A stretch of DNA of 64,000 bases. Origin: an uncultured Nitrososphaerota archaeon. GTDB lineage: Archaea; Thermoproteota; Nitrososphaeria; Nitrososphaerales; Gagatemarchaeaceae. Every line of letters starts with the position of its first letter. The stretch's first letter is position 1. The position numbers and the translations under genes were made by a program. Below, piece after piece: positions 52,521 to 63,734 of this stretch. The notes below the pieces were generated by a model. The model was not told the origin of the DNA. It worked only from the letters and a program-made list of their open reading frames with translations, and did not search any database. The DNA is taken from the NCBI GenBank assembly GCA_963718895.1, contig CAVRAG010000007.1, positions 320,001 through 384,000 of the forward strand, given 5' to 3'.

Positions 52521-53327
52521 TTGGTAGAATGGGAATCGGTCCTTCACGAGGCTGCGGAGAGGGTCCAGGACGTGAGGGACAGACTCGTCTCGTCCCAGCA
52601 GGGGACCGAGAGAATCGGTGAGGGCGCCGGAGGCGACATCACGATGAGGGTCGACCAGGAGGCCGAGGAGGAGATAATCGCGGTCCTCAGGCAGAAGGGC
52701 GACGTGAGGCTCATCGCAGAGGAGAAGGGCGAGTCCGGCCCCAAGGACGCCAGGTGGACGGTGATAATCGACCCCATCGACGGGTCGTCCAACTTCGAGA
52801 AGGGCATTCCGTTCTACTGCACCTCGATAGCGGTCCTAGAGGGCAAGACCCTCGACGACGCCAGCCACGGACTGGTCCGGAACCTCGTCAGCGGCGACAT
52901 CTACTACGCCCAGTCGGGAAGCTACGCGACGAAGAACGGGAGCGAGATAAGGGCGAGCAACCTGCAGGAGCTGCGCGAGGCGACGGTCGGCATCGACATC
53001 TCGAGGACGACCCTGCCCGTCGTCAGGAGCCTGAACGTCCTCATAGCCTCGATAAAGAGGCAGATGCACTTCGGCGCGAACGCCCTGGAGACCTGCTTCC
53101 TCGCAGAGGGAAGGCTGGACGGGTTCCTCGACGTCCGGGGGAGGATACGCGTCATGGACATGGCGGCCGGTCAGCTCATCGCAAGGCAGGCGGGGGCGGT
53201 CTTCAGCGACGAGCGAGGCGGGCCTCTGCGTCCGGCCATAAGCGTGAAGGAGAGGTTCAGCGTCGTGGGAGGCGGAAATGCGGCGCTCCACGCCCGGATT
53301 CTCGCCAAGCTGAAGGCGGGCAGCTAG
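52521..53327 (+). CDS. suhB: Inositol monophosphatase / FBPase class IV
   Basis: AEE, IDPIDGSSNF, GANAL, MDMAAG. Confidence 0.9.
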   Translation: MVEWESVLHEAAERVQDVRDRLVSSQQGTERIGEGAGGDITMRVDQEAEEEIIAVLRQKGDVRLIAEEKGESGPKDARWTVIIDPIDGSSNFEKGIPFYCTSIAVLEGKTLDDASHGLVRNLVSGDIYYAQSGSYATKNGSEIRASNLQELREATVGIDISRTTLPVVRSLNVLIASIKRQMHFGANALETCFLAEGRLDGFLDVRGRIRVMDMAAGQLIARQAGAVFSDERGGPLRPAISVKERFSVVGGGNAALHARILAKLKAGS

Positions 53328-53924
53328 GGGAACGAAGCAGAGAACTCGGCTATGCGTGTGATAGACGGGGACGTCGTCTTCGGGGTCCTCGCCGTGCGTC
53401 CGAATCATCGTGAAGGGGACACCTATCCTCTTCGCGGCCGCCAGGTCGTTGAGCCTGTCGCCCACGAACATGCTCGAAGGCTTCTGCACTTTCATCGCGG
53501 AGAGGGCGAAGACTGATCTGCTCGCCCCGGTCGAGCGAGTCCTCCCGGGTGAAATACTTCAGGAAGTACTGCTTCAGGGCGAAGTGCTCCAGTATCTGGG
53601 AGCACGTGCTGCTCCCCTGCATCGTGACCAGCGCGACCTTGGCGGTCTCGGAGAGCCTGGAGAGGAGCTCGCGCGCTCCCCTCGTAGAGGCGGGCCGACG
53701 GGGCGGCCGCGGCCTCGAACTCGTCGATCACAGCGAAGGCCGGCCTGGCGAACTTCGGGTTCCTGGTGATGACATCGCCGAGCGTCGGGAAGACGGGCCT
53801 GAACTCTGAGGAGTTCCCCGTGACCCTCCGCAGACCCTCCCTGACCCCCTCCCAGTCGACGGGGATCTCGCCGAGAGTTCCGTCGAAGTCGAAGATGTAG
53901 GCCGAGCGTCTCGGCCGTGGTCAG
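53324..53924 (-). CDS. HAD hydrolase (several frameshifts)
   Basis: Rejoined: YIFDFDGTL, LVTMQ, FVGDRLND. Confidence 0.8.
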
Positions 53925-55040
53925 AGCACCTTCTCCTTCCAGCCGTCCTCTCTCCAGAGGAAGGCGCCCACGTCCATGTCCCTGAGCAGATAGTAGCCCT
54001 CGGGGAGGAGGTCGGTCCGCGGGACTGAGGCGGGGACCTTCTCGCCCATGCCGAGCCGGACGTAGAGGTCGGCGAGGTTCGCGTACCAGGGCATGCTTCA
54101 GGTGCTTGACCGCGATGTACCCCCAGAGGGGCATGGTCGAATGGAACTTCCCCGAGTCGACCTCGGTCACGCACATCTCTCCGGTTGCGGACTCCTTGAC
54201 GTCGATGGAGTACGCGCCGTTGGGCTTCGGGTCGATCGCCTTCACCGCGGCCTGGGCCACCTTGTTCAGACCTTCGTCGTGGACTATCCTCGCCACCGAC
54301 GGCGTCCCGGTTATCCCCGAGGGGGAGATGTGCTTGAAGGGATACTCGAGCCTCTCCCGCGCGTAGGAGGTGACCAGCTCTCCTTCGTGCCAGATGCTGT
54401 CCCAGGCGATGTTCCTCCCGGGGAGGTACTCCTGGATGATGAACTCGTCGATCGGTGTAGCCCCGCAGGACCCAGAGCTCGATCCAGTGCTGGGCCTCAC
54501 GGTAGCTGCCGCAGAGCAGGCTGAGCCTTCCGCCCGCGCCGTGCCTTGCCCTGACCCAGAGGGGCGAGCCCGGCACCGTGCTCAGGTCGAGGGCCAGTTC
54601 TGAGAAAGCCTCCCTGACGTCCTTGACCGAAGCTATCGCCTTGGTCTTCGCCACGGGGACCTTCCTCTTCGCGAGGACCTGCTGCGACAGGAGCTTGTCC
54701 TGCCCGAGCTCCATCACCTCGCTCCCTGGGGAGGAAGACGCGGCAGCCCACCTTCCTCCTGTTCGCGGTGATGACGTATGGCTTCGCTGGAGGGCTGCGG
54801 GTGCAGGAAGTCGATCCTCTCCTCCTTGACTAGCTGCGGATATCCGCGGGATGAACGACGTGTCGCTGTGCCTGGGGGTCAGGTACCGGGCGTCGACGTC
54901 GGGGTAGACGATGTGGTACCTGTTGAAGTCCGTCCCGACGATGTAGTAGTTCCTCTTCGAGGCCCTCAGCGCCCTGACGAAGTTCACCCCCGCCAGGCCT
55001 CCCGCGCCCGTCACCAGGACCCTCTCGCCCTGTGCCGTCT
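53921..55040 (-). CDS. ATP-grasp ligase, carbamoyl-phosphate synthase-like (frameshifts)
   Basis: VLVTGAGGLAG, QDKL, FIIQEYLPG, VTEVDSGKF. Confidence 0.8.
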
Positions 55041-56269
55041 ATTCCACCTCCAGGGTGAAGTCCGCGTTCTGCGGCCTGACCAGGTACTCCGCGCCGTTCC
55101 TCTCGAGCGAACCGGAGGAGACGCGAGGAGAGCGGCCCTCCGCCGTCGTAAGTCTCAGGACCAAGCCACGCGGCGCCTGACCATCCACCCTAATCAGCTT
55201 ACCCTTTTTCACGAGCGGGACGGAACGCCCCCGCCACCAGCTGGATATCTCGGCCCCGCTCCCCACGAAGCAACCCCTCCGCGCGATGACTGTCGAGGAG
55301 CGGCCAGTACATGCCTGCCTCCCTTCATCCTCACCGCCTCCTGGTGCCAGAGCAGCGTGAACAGCCCTTCCACCTCCTCCACGGCGTTCATCATCCTGAC
55401 GGCGTCTCCGAGCCCCTCCTCCTCGCTCCTCTTGAGGTAGCCCCAGAGCGTGGTGTCCATCAGGACGAGCGGGAGCTCGAGGAGGCTCATCGGGGACCAC
55501 GACCCGTCTGGCGGGTGGAAGGGGGTCGCGAGCCCGACCTTGAACCCGAGGCGGTCGTTGGTGCCCACCGTCGTGTCGTAGTCGAAACCTGCCGCCTCCA
55601 TGATACCCCAGGTCTTGGCGAAGTCGAACTTCAGGTAGTGCTCCCTGAGGCCGGACGGCCTGAACCCCATCGCCTTCGAGAAGCGCAGAGACGGCTTCGT
55701 CCATCTTCTCCTGAGAATCGTGCGTCCCGAAGTCGCCGTGAAGGCCGACCTCCCATCCGGATCGCGCGTATCCGGTCGCCGGTCGGCTTCACCCTGGAGA
55801 GCGGGTAGTTCGAGGAGAGGTAGTAGAAGCTGGAGTGGAAGCCCCGCGACCCCTCCCTCGATGCGATGAGGTCGACGTTGTCGTAGAGGGAGACCGCCCC
55901 CAGCAGTCCTCCGACGAGGTCACCCAGGCTGAAGCGGGCCCTGGTCTTCCAGATGTGTCCCCTCGCCCGCGAGATGTTGTCCACGTCGTGGGTGAGGCAG
56001 ACCGCGAAGGGCGCGGCCCCGGGCCACCTCGCCTTTCTCACGAAGAAGCCGTCTCCTCGGAGAGCGAGGACTCCCTGACCGACGCGAGGAGCGAGAGCAT
56101 CTGCTTCTCGAGGACCGGGACCTCCGAGTCCTGCGGCGCGCGGCCCTGGACCGCGGAGGCGACCGCGGTCGACGAGTCCGTCGGGGACGTCCTCCGGCCT
56201 GAGCGAGCCCTCCGCGAGCCCGAGGCTGGCCTCGGCCATGGACCTCACGTAGGCGCGGGGGTCGCTCAC
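55039..56269 (-). CDS. Polysaccharide deacetylase-family protein (frameshifts)
   Basis: CLTHDVD, EVGLHG, REHYL, YDTT, ELPLVLMD, TLLWH. Confidence 0.82.
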
Positions 56270-57214
56270 CGGCTCTTCACCCCGGAGACCTGCGGGAAGA
56301 GGCGCGCGAGGTGACCCTCGATCGTCGCCTGGACGTCCTCGAAGGAGCCCGTCGCGTCGATGACGGGGTAGCCGTTCCTCCTGGCGATGCGGAGGTAGCT
56401 CTCCCTCTCGTGCTCGAGGACCGCGCGCGGGTAGTGGATGTGCGCGACCCTCTCGTCTATCACCCTGAGGGACTTGTCCACCGGCACGTCCAGGACGACC
56501 GCGAAGAGCGGGCGGGGCAGGAGGTAGAGGAAGGCCAGCGGCCTGACCGGGTAGCCCAGCGCCTCGTACTTGATGTAGGTGCTCCAGATGAACCGGTCGT
56601 AGATCACCACCGTGCCCTCGATCCGGCAGCCTATCGAGGACGACAGCTGGAGGAGGAGGTTGTCGAGGAGGGACAGGACGGGCCGGAGCGGGTTCCCGCG
56701 CCTCCGCGCCTTCGACCCCCTCCGTCCGCCTGAAGAGATGGTCGAGAGCCTCTCGACGAAGAGGTACCTGTGGAAGGGCATCAGCTCCACGCGGTACCCT
56801 CTTGCCTTCCAGCCACCCGCTCGTGACCGCCGAGTGCGAGGATTTGCCGGAGCCGTCTATCCCGAGCAGGGCTATCGAACCGCCCTTGCGGCCCACCCTC
56901 AGCGAGTGCAGGGCGCGCCTCTGGTACTCGTCGTTGAGGTAGACCGACCCGAGGAAGAGCAGGAGGCCCGCTGAAGGGAAAACGAAGAGACGGTCCAGCG
57001 TCACAAGGTAGCCGCCCAGGGAGGCCAGAAAGACGCGGAAGGCGTTGGGGACGTCGTTCAGAGGGTCGAGGTGGCGCGAAGCGCTCCTGCCGATTCCGTA
57101 CAACCCGAACACCACTGCGAAGGCGAATGGGAAGGCGAGGGCAGGCCCGGGCAGGAGGGCCGAGAGCGCTAGGGCGAGGAGGAAGAAGATCGCGACAACG
57201 GCCTTCATCTTCAC
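56266..57214 (-). CDS. Thymidylate-kinase-like P-loop kinase with N-terminal TM helices (frameshift near 56800)
   Basis: Three to four hydrophobic helices, then IALLGIDGSGKS, VVIYDRF, VVLDVP, IDAT. Confidence 0.78.
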
Positions 57215-57318
57215 CTGCGCATCACGGCACGGCCACTTGCTTCGAGGCTTGATAAAAGAATCCTCGGAGGCGCCGAGCCGATGTTTAAGAGCAGAGGCTG
57301 CCGAGGTCGGATACGGGC

Positions 57319-58062
57319 ATGGTCACCAAGGCAGCGGTCCTCTGTGGCGGGGAAGGCACCAGGCTACGGCCGCTCAGCAACTACTTCCAGAAGACCATGA
57401 TACCCATTGGGTCCAAGAGGAGGCCCCTCCTGGAGTACATCGTCCGGCTGATAGGGTACAACGGCATCTCCGAGGTGACGCTTCTCACGGGCTACCGCTC
57501 GGACGACATCGAGCACTACTTCAGCGACGGCAAGAAGTTCGGGGTCGAGATAACCTACTCCAGGGATCCCGAAGGGAGGAGAGGGACCGCGCTCTCGCTC
57601 GTTGGAGCCCTCGACGGGGGGATGCTGCACGGGTTCGACAATCTCGTCGTGTACTACGGGGACGTGCTCTCGGCGATGGACATAATGGGGCTCGTCTCGC
57701 AGCACGAGAGGCGGCGATCTGCCGTCACCCTGGTCCTCTCCAGGGACTACAAGGTACCTTTCGGGGTCGCCAAGGTAGAGGATGAGAGGGTGGCCTCCTT
57801 CTCGGAGAAGCCGACCCTCCCGCTGAACGTCACCATCGGGGCGCTCATGTTCTCGAAGGAGTGCATCCCGATCCTCCGCGAGGCGAGTTCCGGGAAGGAC
57901 GCCCCGGACATCATGACGGACTTCGTGCCGAGGGTCGTAGACCGCGGCCTGCTGGTCTCGCCATTCTACATAGACGGGTTCTGGTACGACGTGGGGACGA
58001 CGGAGGCCTACGAGAAGCTGGACAACGACCTCGTCGAGAAGAACCTGAAGTTCCTGGACTAG
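57319..58062 (+). CDS. NDP-sugar pyrophosphorylase (nucleotidyltransferase)
   Basis: AAVLCGGEGTRLRPL, YGD, FSEKP, WYDVGT. Confidence 0.92.
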   Translation: MVTKAAVLCGGEGTRLRPLSNYFQKTMIPIGSKRRPLLEYIVRLIGYNGISEVTLLTGYRSDDIEHYFSDGKKFGVEITYSRDPEGRRGTALSLVGALDGGMLHGFDNLVVYYGDVLSAMDIMGLVSQHERRRSAVTLVLSRDYKVPFGVAKVEDERVASFSEKPTLPLNVTIGALMFSKECIPILREASSGKDAPDIMTDFVPRVVDRGLLVSPFYIDGFWYDVGTTEAYEKLDNDLVEKNLKFLD

Positions 58063-58068
58063 TCGGAC

Positions 58069-59577
58069 ATGGCGAAGCAGATCTCTGTGAGACGGACAGG
58101 GTTCGTAGTCTTCTCGTTCAGGATCGTGAGCATCTTCACGGGGCTGGCGTTCCTGCTTATGATGACCAGGACTCTGAGCACGTCCGAGTTCGGGCTCTGG
58201 GAGGTCGTCCTCGACCTCGTGACCTTCGCATCCTATCCGGCAGGGCTCCTCGTCTACTGGGCGACGCGGGAAATCGCCAGGGGGAAGCTGCTGGGTAAGA
58301 CGGCGCTCGGGATGAACCTCGCCCTGAGCGCGGCCGGGATGGTCCTCTACGTCGGGCTCTCATTCCTGACCGGCTCACGGGTGGGCCAGACCGACCTCGC
58401 GACGATCCTGCTCGCAATCTTCCTGGTCCCGATAGCATACTGGAACCAGGCCGCGAACGCGATCGTCTCGGGGTACGACCCCATCGTCCAGGGCTACTCC
58501 ACCATGGCCTCCGAGATCTGCAAGCTCGCCTTCGCATACCCCCTGCTGATAGTCTTCCACGTGGGCATAGACGGCGTCATCGTGGCGCTGATGGCCGCGA
58601 ACTTCGCCCAGGCCGCGACCTCGACGGTCCTGGCCAGGGGCGCGCTCCAGATGCCCTTCGACCCCGAGGCGGGAAGGAGGTGGCTGAGGCGGTCGTGGCT
58701 GCCCTCGCTCTCGACGCTGCCCTACATCCTCGGAGTCGCCGACACCTTCATCGCGAGCCTCGTGGCCGGAGGGACGACCACGGTCGGGTTCTACCAGGCG
58801 GCGTTCTCCGTCGCCACTCTGGCTGGCTACTCGTACTTCCTTGGCGCGGCCCTCTACCCGCTGCTCCTCAGGGGCGGGGCGGGTTCCGAGGAACTCCCCA
58901 CGATCACGCTGGACCTCTCGCTCCTCTTCGGCATCCCCATGGCCGTCGGGGCGGCCGTCCTCGCGAAGCCAATCCTCTTCGTGCTCAACCCGAAGTACGT
59001 AGTAAGCACCACGGCCCTCGAGATACTGGCCTTCGCCGCCCTTGTGAACGCCATGGCCGTGATCCTCGACCAGATCCTCTGGGGCAGGGAGAGGGTCGAC
59101 GTGGACGAGTCTGCGGGGTTCAGCCACTTCCTGCACAGCGACCTGTTCTTCGTCTTCCTGGTGGAGACCGGGAGCGCGGTGACCTACCTCGTCGCGGTCT
59201 TCGTGATAGTCCTGACGGGGAACGCCAGCGGCACCTCTCAGACGACCATCATAGACCTATGGGCAGCGGCGCAGCTCGTCGTCTTCTCGGTCTTCGTCGC
59301 CGCGCGGGTCGTCAGAATCAGAAAGAGGGGGAAGCTCTCCCTGCGGCCGTCGTTCGCGTACTACGTCGCGGGCTCCGCAATCATGGGGATCTTCCTGGCC
59401 GTTGCGGGCGGGCTCCTGGACTACTCCTTGCACGCCCTGGCGTTCGGGGAGGAGGTTGCAGCCATAGCTCTCACGGGGTTCGCCATCTACTTCGCGTTCC
59501 TCCTCGCGACGGAGAAGGACTTCCGCAGGCTCGTCAGGGTCGTCCTGAAGCCCCTGCTGGGGTCAAGAGCGACCTGA
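58069..59577 (+). CDS. Wzx/MOP-family flippase
   Basis: TRTLSTSEFG, VGFYQAA, about 12-14 TM helices. Confidence 0.85.
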   Translation: MAKQISVRRTGFVVFSFRIVSIFTGLAFLLMMTRTLSTSEFGLWEVVLDLVTFASYPAGLLVYWATREIARGKLLGKTALGMNLALSAAGMVLYVGLSFLTGSRVGQTDLATILLAIFLVPIAYWNQAANAIVSGYDPIVQGYSTMASEICKLAFAYPLLIVFHVGIDGVIVALMAANFAQAATSTVLARGALQMPFDPEAGRRWLRRSWLPSLSTLPYILGVADTFIASLVAGGTTTVGFYQAAFSVATLAGYSYFLGAALYPLLLRGGAGSEELPTITLDLSLLFGIPMAVGAAVLAKPILFVLNPKYVVSTTALEILAFAALVNAMAVILDQILWGRERVDVDESAGFSHFLHSDLFFVFLVETGSAVTYLVAVFVIVLTGNASGTSQTTIIDLWAAAQLVVFSVFVAARVVRIRKRGKLSLRPSFAYYVAGSAIMGIFLAVAGGLLDYSLHALAFGEEVAAIALTGFAIYFAFLLATEKDFRRLVRVVLKPLLGSRAT

Positions 59578-60562
59578 GAGCCTCGACCTCCGCCTCATGG
59601 GATCCAGACAGCCCGTCGTACCAGCGTGCAATCCTCGTCCGGTAGTCTTCGCTGACGGCCGTCCCCAGCATCATCGTCACCTTTCGAGCGATCTCGTCGG
59701 CGTCCGAGGAGTCGGTGTACAGGAGCGCGTCTCCGAAGAAGTCCTCGAGCACGTCCTGCCTCGACGAGATTATCGGGAGAGAGCTTGCGGCGTACTCCAG
59801 GAGCACGTGTGACAGGGTGAACGGCTCGTCTGTCACGTTGATGGCCATGTCGGCCGAGGCCTTGAGGGACTCGTAGGTCTGTCTGGGGAGGAACCCGAGG
59901 TACTTGACGTTCTCCGGGAGATTGCGCTCGGAGAGCCTCCTCTCCAGCTTTTCCTTGGGCCCGGTTATCAGGAGCTCGACGCTTCCGACCTTGCCCACAC
60001 CGGACGACTCGGCCTCTATGCGCTCCAGGGGATGTCCGCCGTGGGAGCAGATCGCGACCGTGGGTCTCTCTGTGAAACTGCGTCTCAGCGCTTCGTCGCG
60101 AGGGTTGGGGTTTCGCTCGACGAAGTCGTGGACGACCAGCACCTTGTTGGCGCCCATCGCGCTCAGCTTCTCGGCCCAGAACCTGTGCGGAGCCGTGTTC
60201 CCGGCGGCTGCCCGTGAGACCACCTCCTCGAGGAACCCGATCACCTTCGAGACGGGACCTCCCCCGAGGGTCTTCACCTTCCAGATCGAGTGGTGGTCGA
60301 CGACCAGCCTCTTGCCGGTCAGACTGCAGTACAGCATGCATGTCAGGGGGCAGAAGACGGGAGGGTTCTGGGCGTAGACGACGTCGGGTTTCCGCTGGGA
60401 GAGGATCAGGAGGGTCTTGAAGAAGAGCGCGAGGTAGCGGACGGGAGCGAAGTACCTTGGGCCGTAGAGGAAGGTGATGCTGACCCTCTCTGCGCCCACG
60501 GCTTCGGCGAGCTCATCAGCGCGGAATCCGAACGGACCCCACACTAGGGAGAGGATCTTCAC
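59534..60562 (-). CDS. GT-B glycosyltransferase (GT4-like)
   Basis: PDVVYAQNPP, VVDHH, YLGFLP, LLEYAASSLPII. Confidence 0.88.
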   Translation of the reverse strand: MKILSLVWGPFGFRADELAEAVGAERVSITFLYGPRYFAPVRYLALFFKTLLILSQRKPDVVYAQNPPVFCPLTCMLYCSLTGKRLVVDHHSIWKVKTLGGGPVSKVIGFLEEVVSRAAAGNTAPHRFWAEKLSAMGANKVLVVHDFVERNPNPRDEALRRSFTERPTVAICSHGGHPLERIEAESSGVGKVGSVELLITGPKEKLERRLSERNLPENVKYLGFLPRQTYESLKASADMAINVTDEPFTLSHVLLEYAASSLPIISSRQDVLEDFFGDALLYTDSSDADEIARKVTMMLGTAVSEDYRTRIARWYDGLSGSHEAEVEALRSLLTPAGASGRP

Positions 60563-60769
60563 TCAATCACCGCCGGGTCCGAGCATTGATGTCCAGTCCA
60601 TCTTCCCCCTGGCAGCGTCTTTATTGGTTAGCGAGACGATGGAATCAAAGCATGCCGCACCTATTATGGGGGAGTTTGCGGGAGAAGTCTTCGTGCTGCG
60701 CCTCCCGAGGGATGGACGATCCATCTCTGCCCAACACTTTTTAGTCCGAGGGCGGTCCTCCCCTGCCGA

Positions 60770-62720
60770 ATGCAGGTAAAAGGGAAGGGGATTCTCGAGG
60801 ACTACGCGAAGGTCGAGCGGGAGATTCTGCAATTCATCAGGAAGATCGTGGAAGACTCAGGTTCCAAAGGGGCGGTCATAGGGCTCAGCGGGGGCATAGA
60901 CAGCTCCGTCGTCGGGGCGCTGCTCGTGCGTGCGTTGGGCAAGGAGAAGGTGATAGGGATACTGATGCCGGCATCTCACACTCCGAAGCAAGACAACGAT
61001 GACGCGCGGATGACTCGCCAAGACATGGGGGGTCAGGACCTACGAGGTCGGCATAGATCCGATCTTCTCGGCATTCGAGAAGACTCTTCCCAAAGAAGGG
61101 GAGAACAGGATCGCCTATGCCAATGTCAAGGCGAGAATACGAATGATAATCAATTACTACGTTGCCAAATCCCACGGGATGCTCGTAGCGGGGACGGGTG
61201 ACAAGTCCGAAGATGAGATTGGGTTTTTCTGCTATGATGAGAAGACCAGGGTTGTAACAATCGATGGCCTGAAGGGTTTGAACCAGTTGAAAACAGGTGA
61301 TATCGTCTTCTCGCTTGATCTCGGGACGCAGATGATGGTCGAGTCGAAGGTCGATGGCGTCTTCAAGTTCCCTTATGACGGTCAGATGATTCACTTCGGG
61401 GGCCGCGGCGCCGACGTCATGGTTACGCCTAACCACCGCATGCTAATTCACACTAGCTCCTCAAAGTCCGACTCCAGACTGGTCTTTCGAGCAGCTGATG
61501 AGTGCCTGAAGTCGAGGGACATCAACACCCCAACACCATTGGGTTGGGCAGGAAACCACGAGGCCCCTTCGTCCATAAGGTTGGTCTTCAATCAGAGGCA
61601 CATCGAGAGAACGGAGGACCTGTCAATCGAAGATGTCTTCTATCTTCTCGGGCTCTTCATCGGGGACGGATGTGTAACGGCCGGAAAGGCGATCCTACCC
61701 GTCAAATCGGCCATGAGCCGACGGGAGTATACGAGCGCGCATCACGGCAAGGACGGCCGCTTCGTACAGATCGAAACGAGCAAGACAGACGTCCGCATGA
61801 AGGAGTATGCGACATTTGAAACGATATTCTCCCTCCCGAGCTACACCAAGGATGCGGCTAGGAGCCGCCTTATCGAGGTGCTAACAAAGTATAAGATTGG
61901 ATACTCGCTGACCAGAGATACTGTCCGCATCTCATCGAAAGGTATCTATGATTTCTTCATCCAGTGCGGAACCGGTGCTAGGAGCAAGCATATCCCACAC
62001 TGGATCCTGAGTTACTCATCTGCGTATCTCGTGCATCTCCTCCGCGGGCTGAAGGACAGCGACGGGTCGCATCCTGAGACCAAGAGTTACTATTACACAT
62101 CTTCTGAAGAGCTCAGGGACGACTTCGTCCATCTTTGCTTCAAGTTGGGGAGAAGGGCCAGCGTCACCTCGAGGGGCCCAACACGCCCCAGGATCAACGG
62201 CAAGACGATAATGACAGGTCCATCATTCACCATCAGCTACGCGAGTCACCAGCATTCGCAGCATACCCTCAAGAGTGGATTAGCGAAGATGGTCGACTAC
62301 AAGGGGGAAGTTTGGTGCCCCTCTGTTCCGCCCTGCGAGAATCTTCTGGTCGAGAGGAATGGCAAGTACGTCTTTTCAGGGAACACCAAGTTCGGAGACG
62401 GCGGAGTGGACTTCTTGCCCATAGCCCACCTCTACAAGACGCAGGTCAGGGAGCTGGGCGCGCACCTTGGGCTGCCCGAGCACATAGTGCACAAGCCGGC
62501 CTCTCCACAGCTCTGGCCAGGCCACAGGGCAGTGGACGAAATCCCTATCGAGTATGAGCGGCTGGACCATGTGTTGGCGGGGCTCTTCGACGAGAAGCTG
62601 GAGCCGAGGGAGGTCGCCAAGAGGACGGGAGTCGACATCAAGATAGTCCAGGATGTGGTCAAGAGGCACAGGGCTTCGGCCCACAAGCGCTCATATCCGC
62701 CGATGCTAGGCAGCTGGTAA
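60770..62720 (+). CDS. nadE: NH3-dependent NAD synthetase containing an intein (frameshift near 61015)
   Basis: GLSGGIDS, ANVKARIRM, GTGDKSE, GFF/TKFGDG split by an insert, LYKTQV, KPASPQLW. Confidence 0.95.
61230..62384 (+). mobile_element. Intein (385 aa) with LAGLIDADG homing endonuclease
   Basis: Cys1 CYDEKTRV, block B VTPNHRM, LGLFIGDG and LRGLKDSDG, C-terminal VWCPSV...NLLVERNGKYVFSGN, Thr+1. Confidence 0.95.
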
Positions 62721-62804
62721 GCAGGACTCTCCGTCGTCTACCAGAGCGGTAGTCCGCCTGTGCCAGAACAGCGACCGTTCTGAATCAGCGAAGGATTGGT
62801 CGCT

Positions 62805-63605
62805 CTAGCGCAACAGAGTCTCGTAGAGAGAGTAGAGCTTCTTGACGACGACCTCAGGCCGGTTCTTCTCCGGAAGCTTGTCGTACACGCCCTCGGGTCT
62901 TATGACCTTGCATCCGACCGCGAGGGCCTCGAGGCCGGCCTTGCTAAGGCAGTCGAGCCTGATGTTCCTGTTGTACCAGTCCCGCTTCACGTCTATGTAG
63001 TACTCGAACCTCGCCAGGTACTCGGGGAACTTGACGTGGTCTATCGGGTTCGCCTGGCTGTCGTGGATGGTGAGGGTCACGTCGTGGTCCTTCGCGAGCC
63101 TCTCGGCCAGCTCGTCCTCGCCGAACTTGATGTAGAGGGCCGTCCCGCGGACCGGACTCGCCCCTGTGGGACGGAAGATGTCGGTGTCGACGGGCGTCTC
63201 GCTGACCTGGACGTTGGGAGGGGCGTTCTTCAGCTGGTCGGACCCGAAGATGAGGATGCTGTCGGCTCGCTTCCACCTGCTCTCTGACTTCGACCAGAGC
63301 TCCGTCTGGCCGACCCCGTGGTAGTGGAGGACGACCGGCTTTGAGCGGTAGAGATTCTTCAGGGGCGGGACGATCTTGTCGAGGCTGTGGACGTGGATGA
63401 GGTCGTACTTCCTGGCCTCGATGAGTGCCTTGAGGACGAACGTCCTGGCGCCGACGTCCCAGGATTCCCCGTAGGTCGCGGTGAAGTTGAACTTGTCGAA
63501 GGCCTTCCTCATCACCACCTGGGACCGAGTCCCGCAGTTCCTGTCCATGTGCTTGGCGATGACGCTCGAGACCCCGGAGACGTTCCAGACGTGCAGGATC
63601 TTCAT
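62805..63605 (-). CDS. GT-B glycosyltransferase-like protein
   Basis: MKILHV, DLIHVHS, VVLHYHG, PVDTDIF, GLEALAVG. Confidence 0.8.
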   Translation of the reverse strand: MKILHVWNVSGVSSVIAKHMDRNCGTRSQVVMRKAFDKFNFTATYGESWDVGARTFVLKALIEARKYDLIHVHSLDKIVPPLKNLYRSKPVVLHYHGVGQTELWSKSESRWKRADSILIFGSDQLKNAPPNVQVSETPVDTDIFRPTGASPVRGTALYIKFGEDELAERLAKDHDVTLTIHDSQANPIDHVKFPEYLARFEYYIDVKRDWYNRNIRLDCLSKAGLEALAVGCKVIRPEGVYDKLPEKNRPEVVVKKLYSLYETLLR

Positions 63606-63734
63606 TGCAGTCAACACCCTCGCTTCCTGTCTGCTATGAGAACGGAACGCCGGTCAAGGCGACGCTCTTGGAACTCCGCCCCATCGTTTCTCAGGCCGCT
63701 CCGACGCTCCAAGTTATTTAAGGAAAGTGAGTGC

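Noticed and set aside
60563-60769. ncRNA or small ORF between the glycosyltransferase and nadE
   Set aside because: No C/D boxes, convincing stem or coding signal was found by eye.
1942-62720. Many frameshifted genes as pseudogenes or programmed frameshifts
   Set aside because: The breaks hit essential genes (lysS, rli1, lig, cdc48, nadE), cluster regionally and show no shared slippery motif, which fits sequencing indels.
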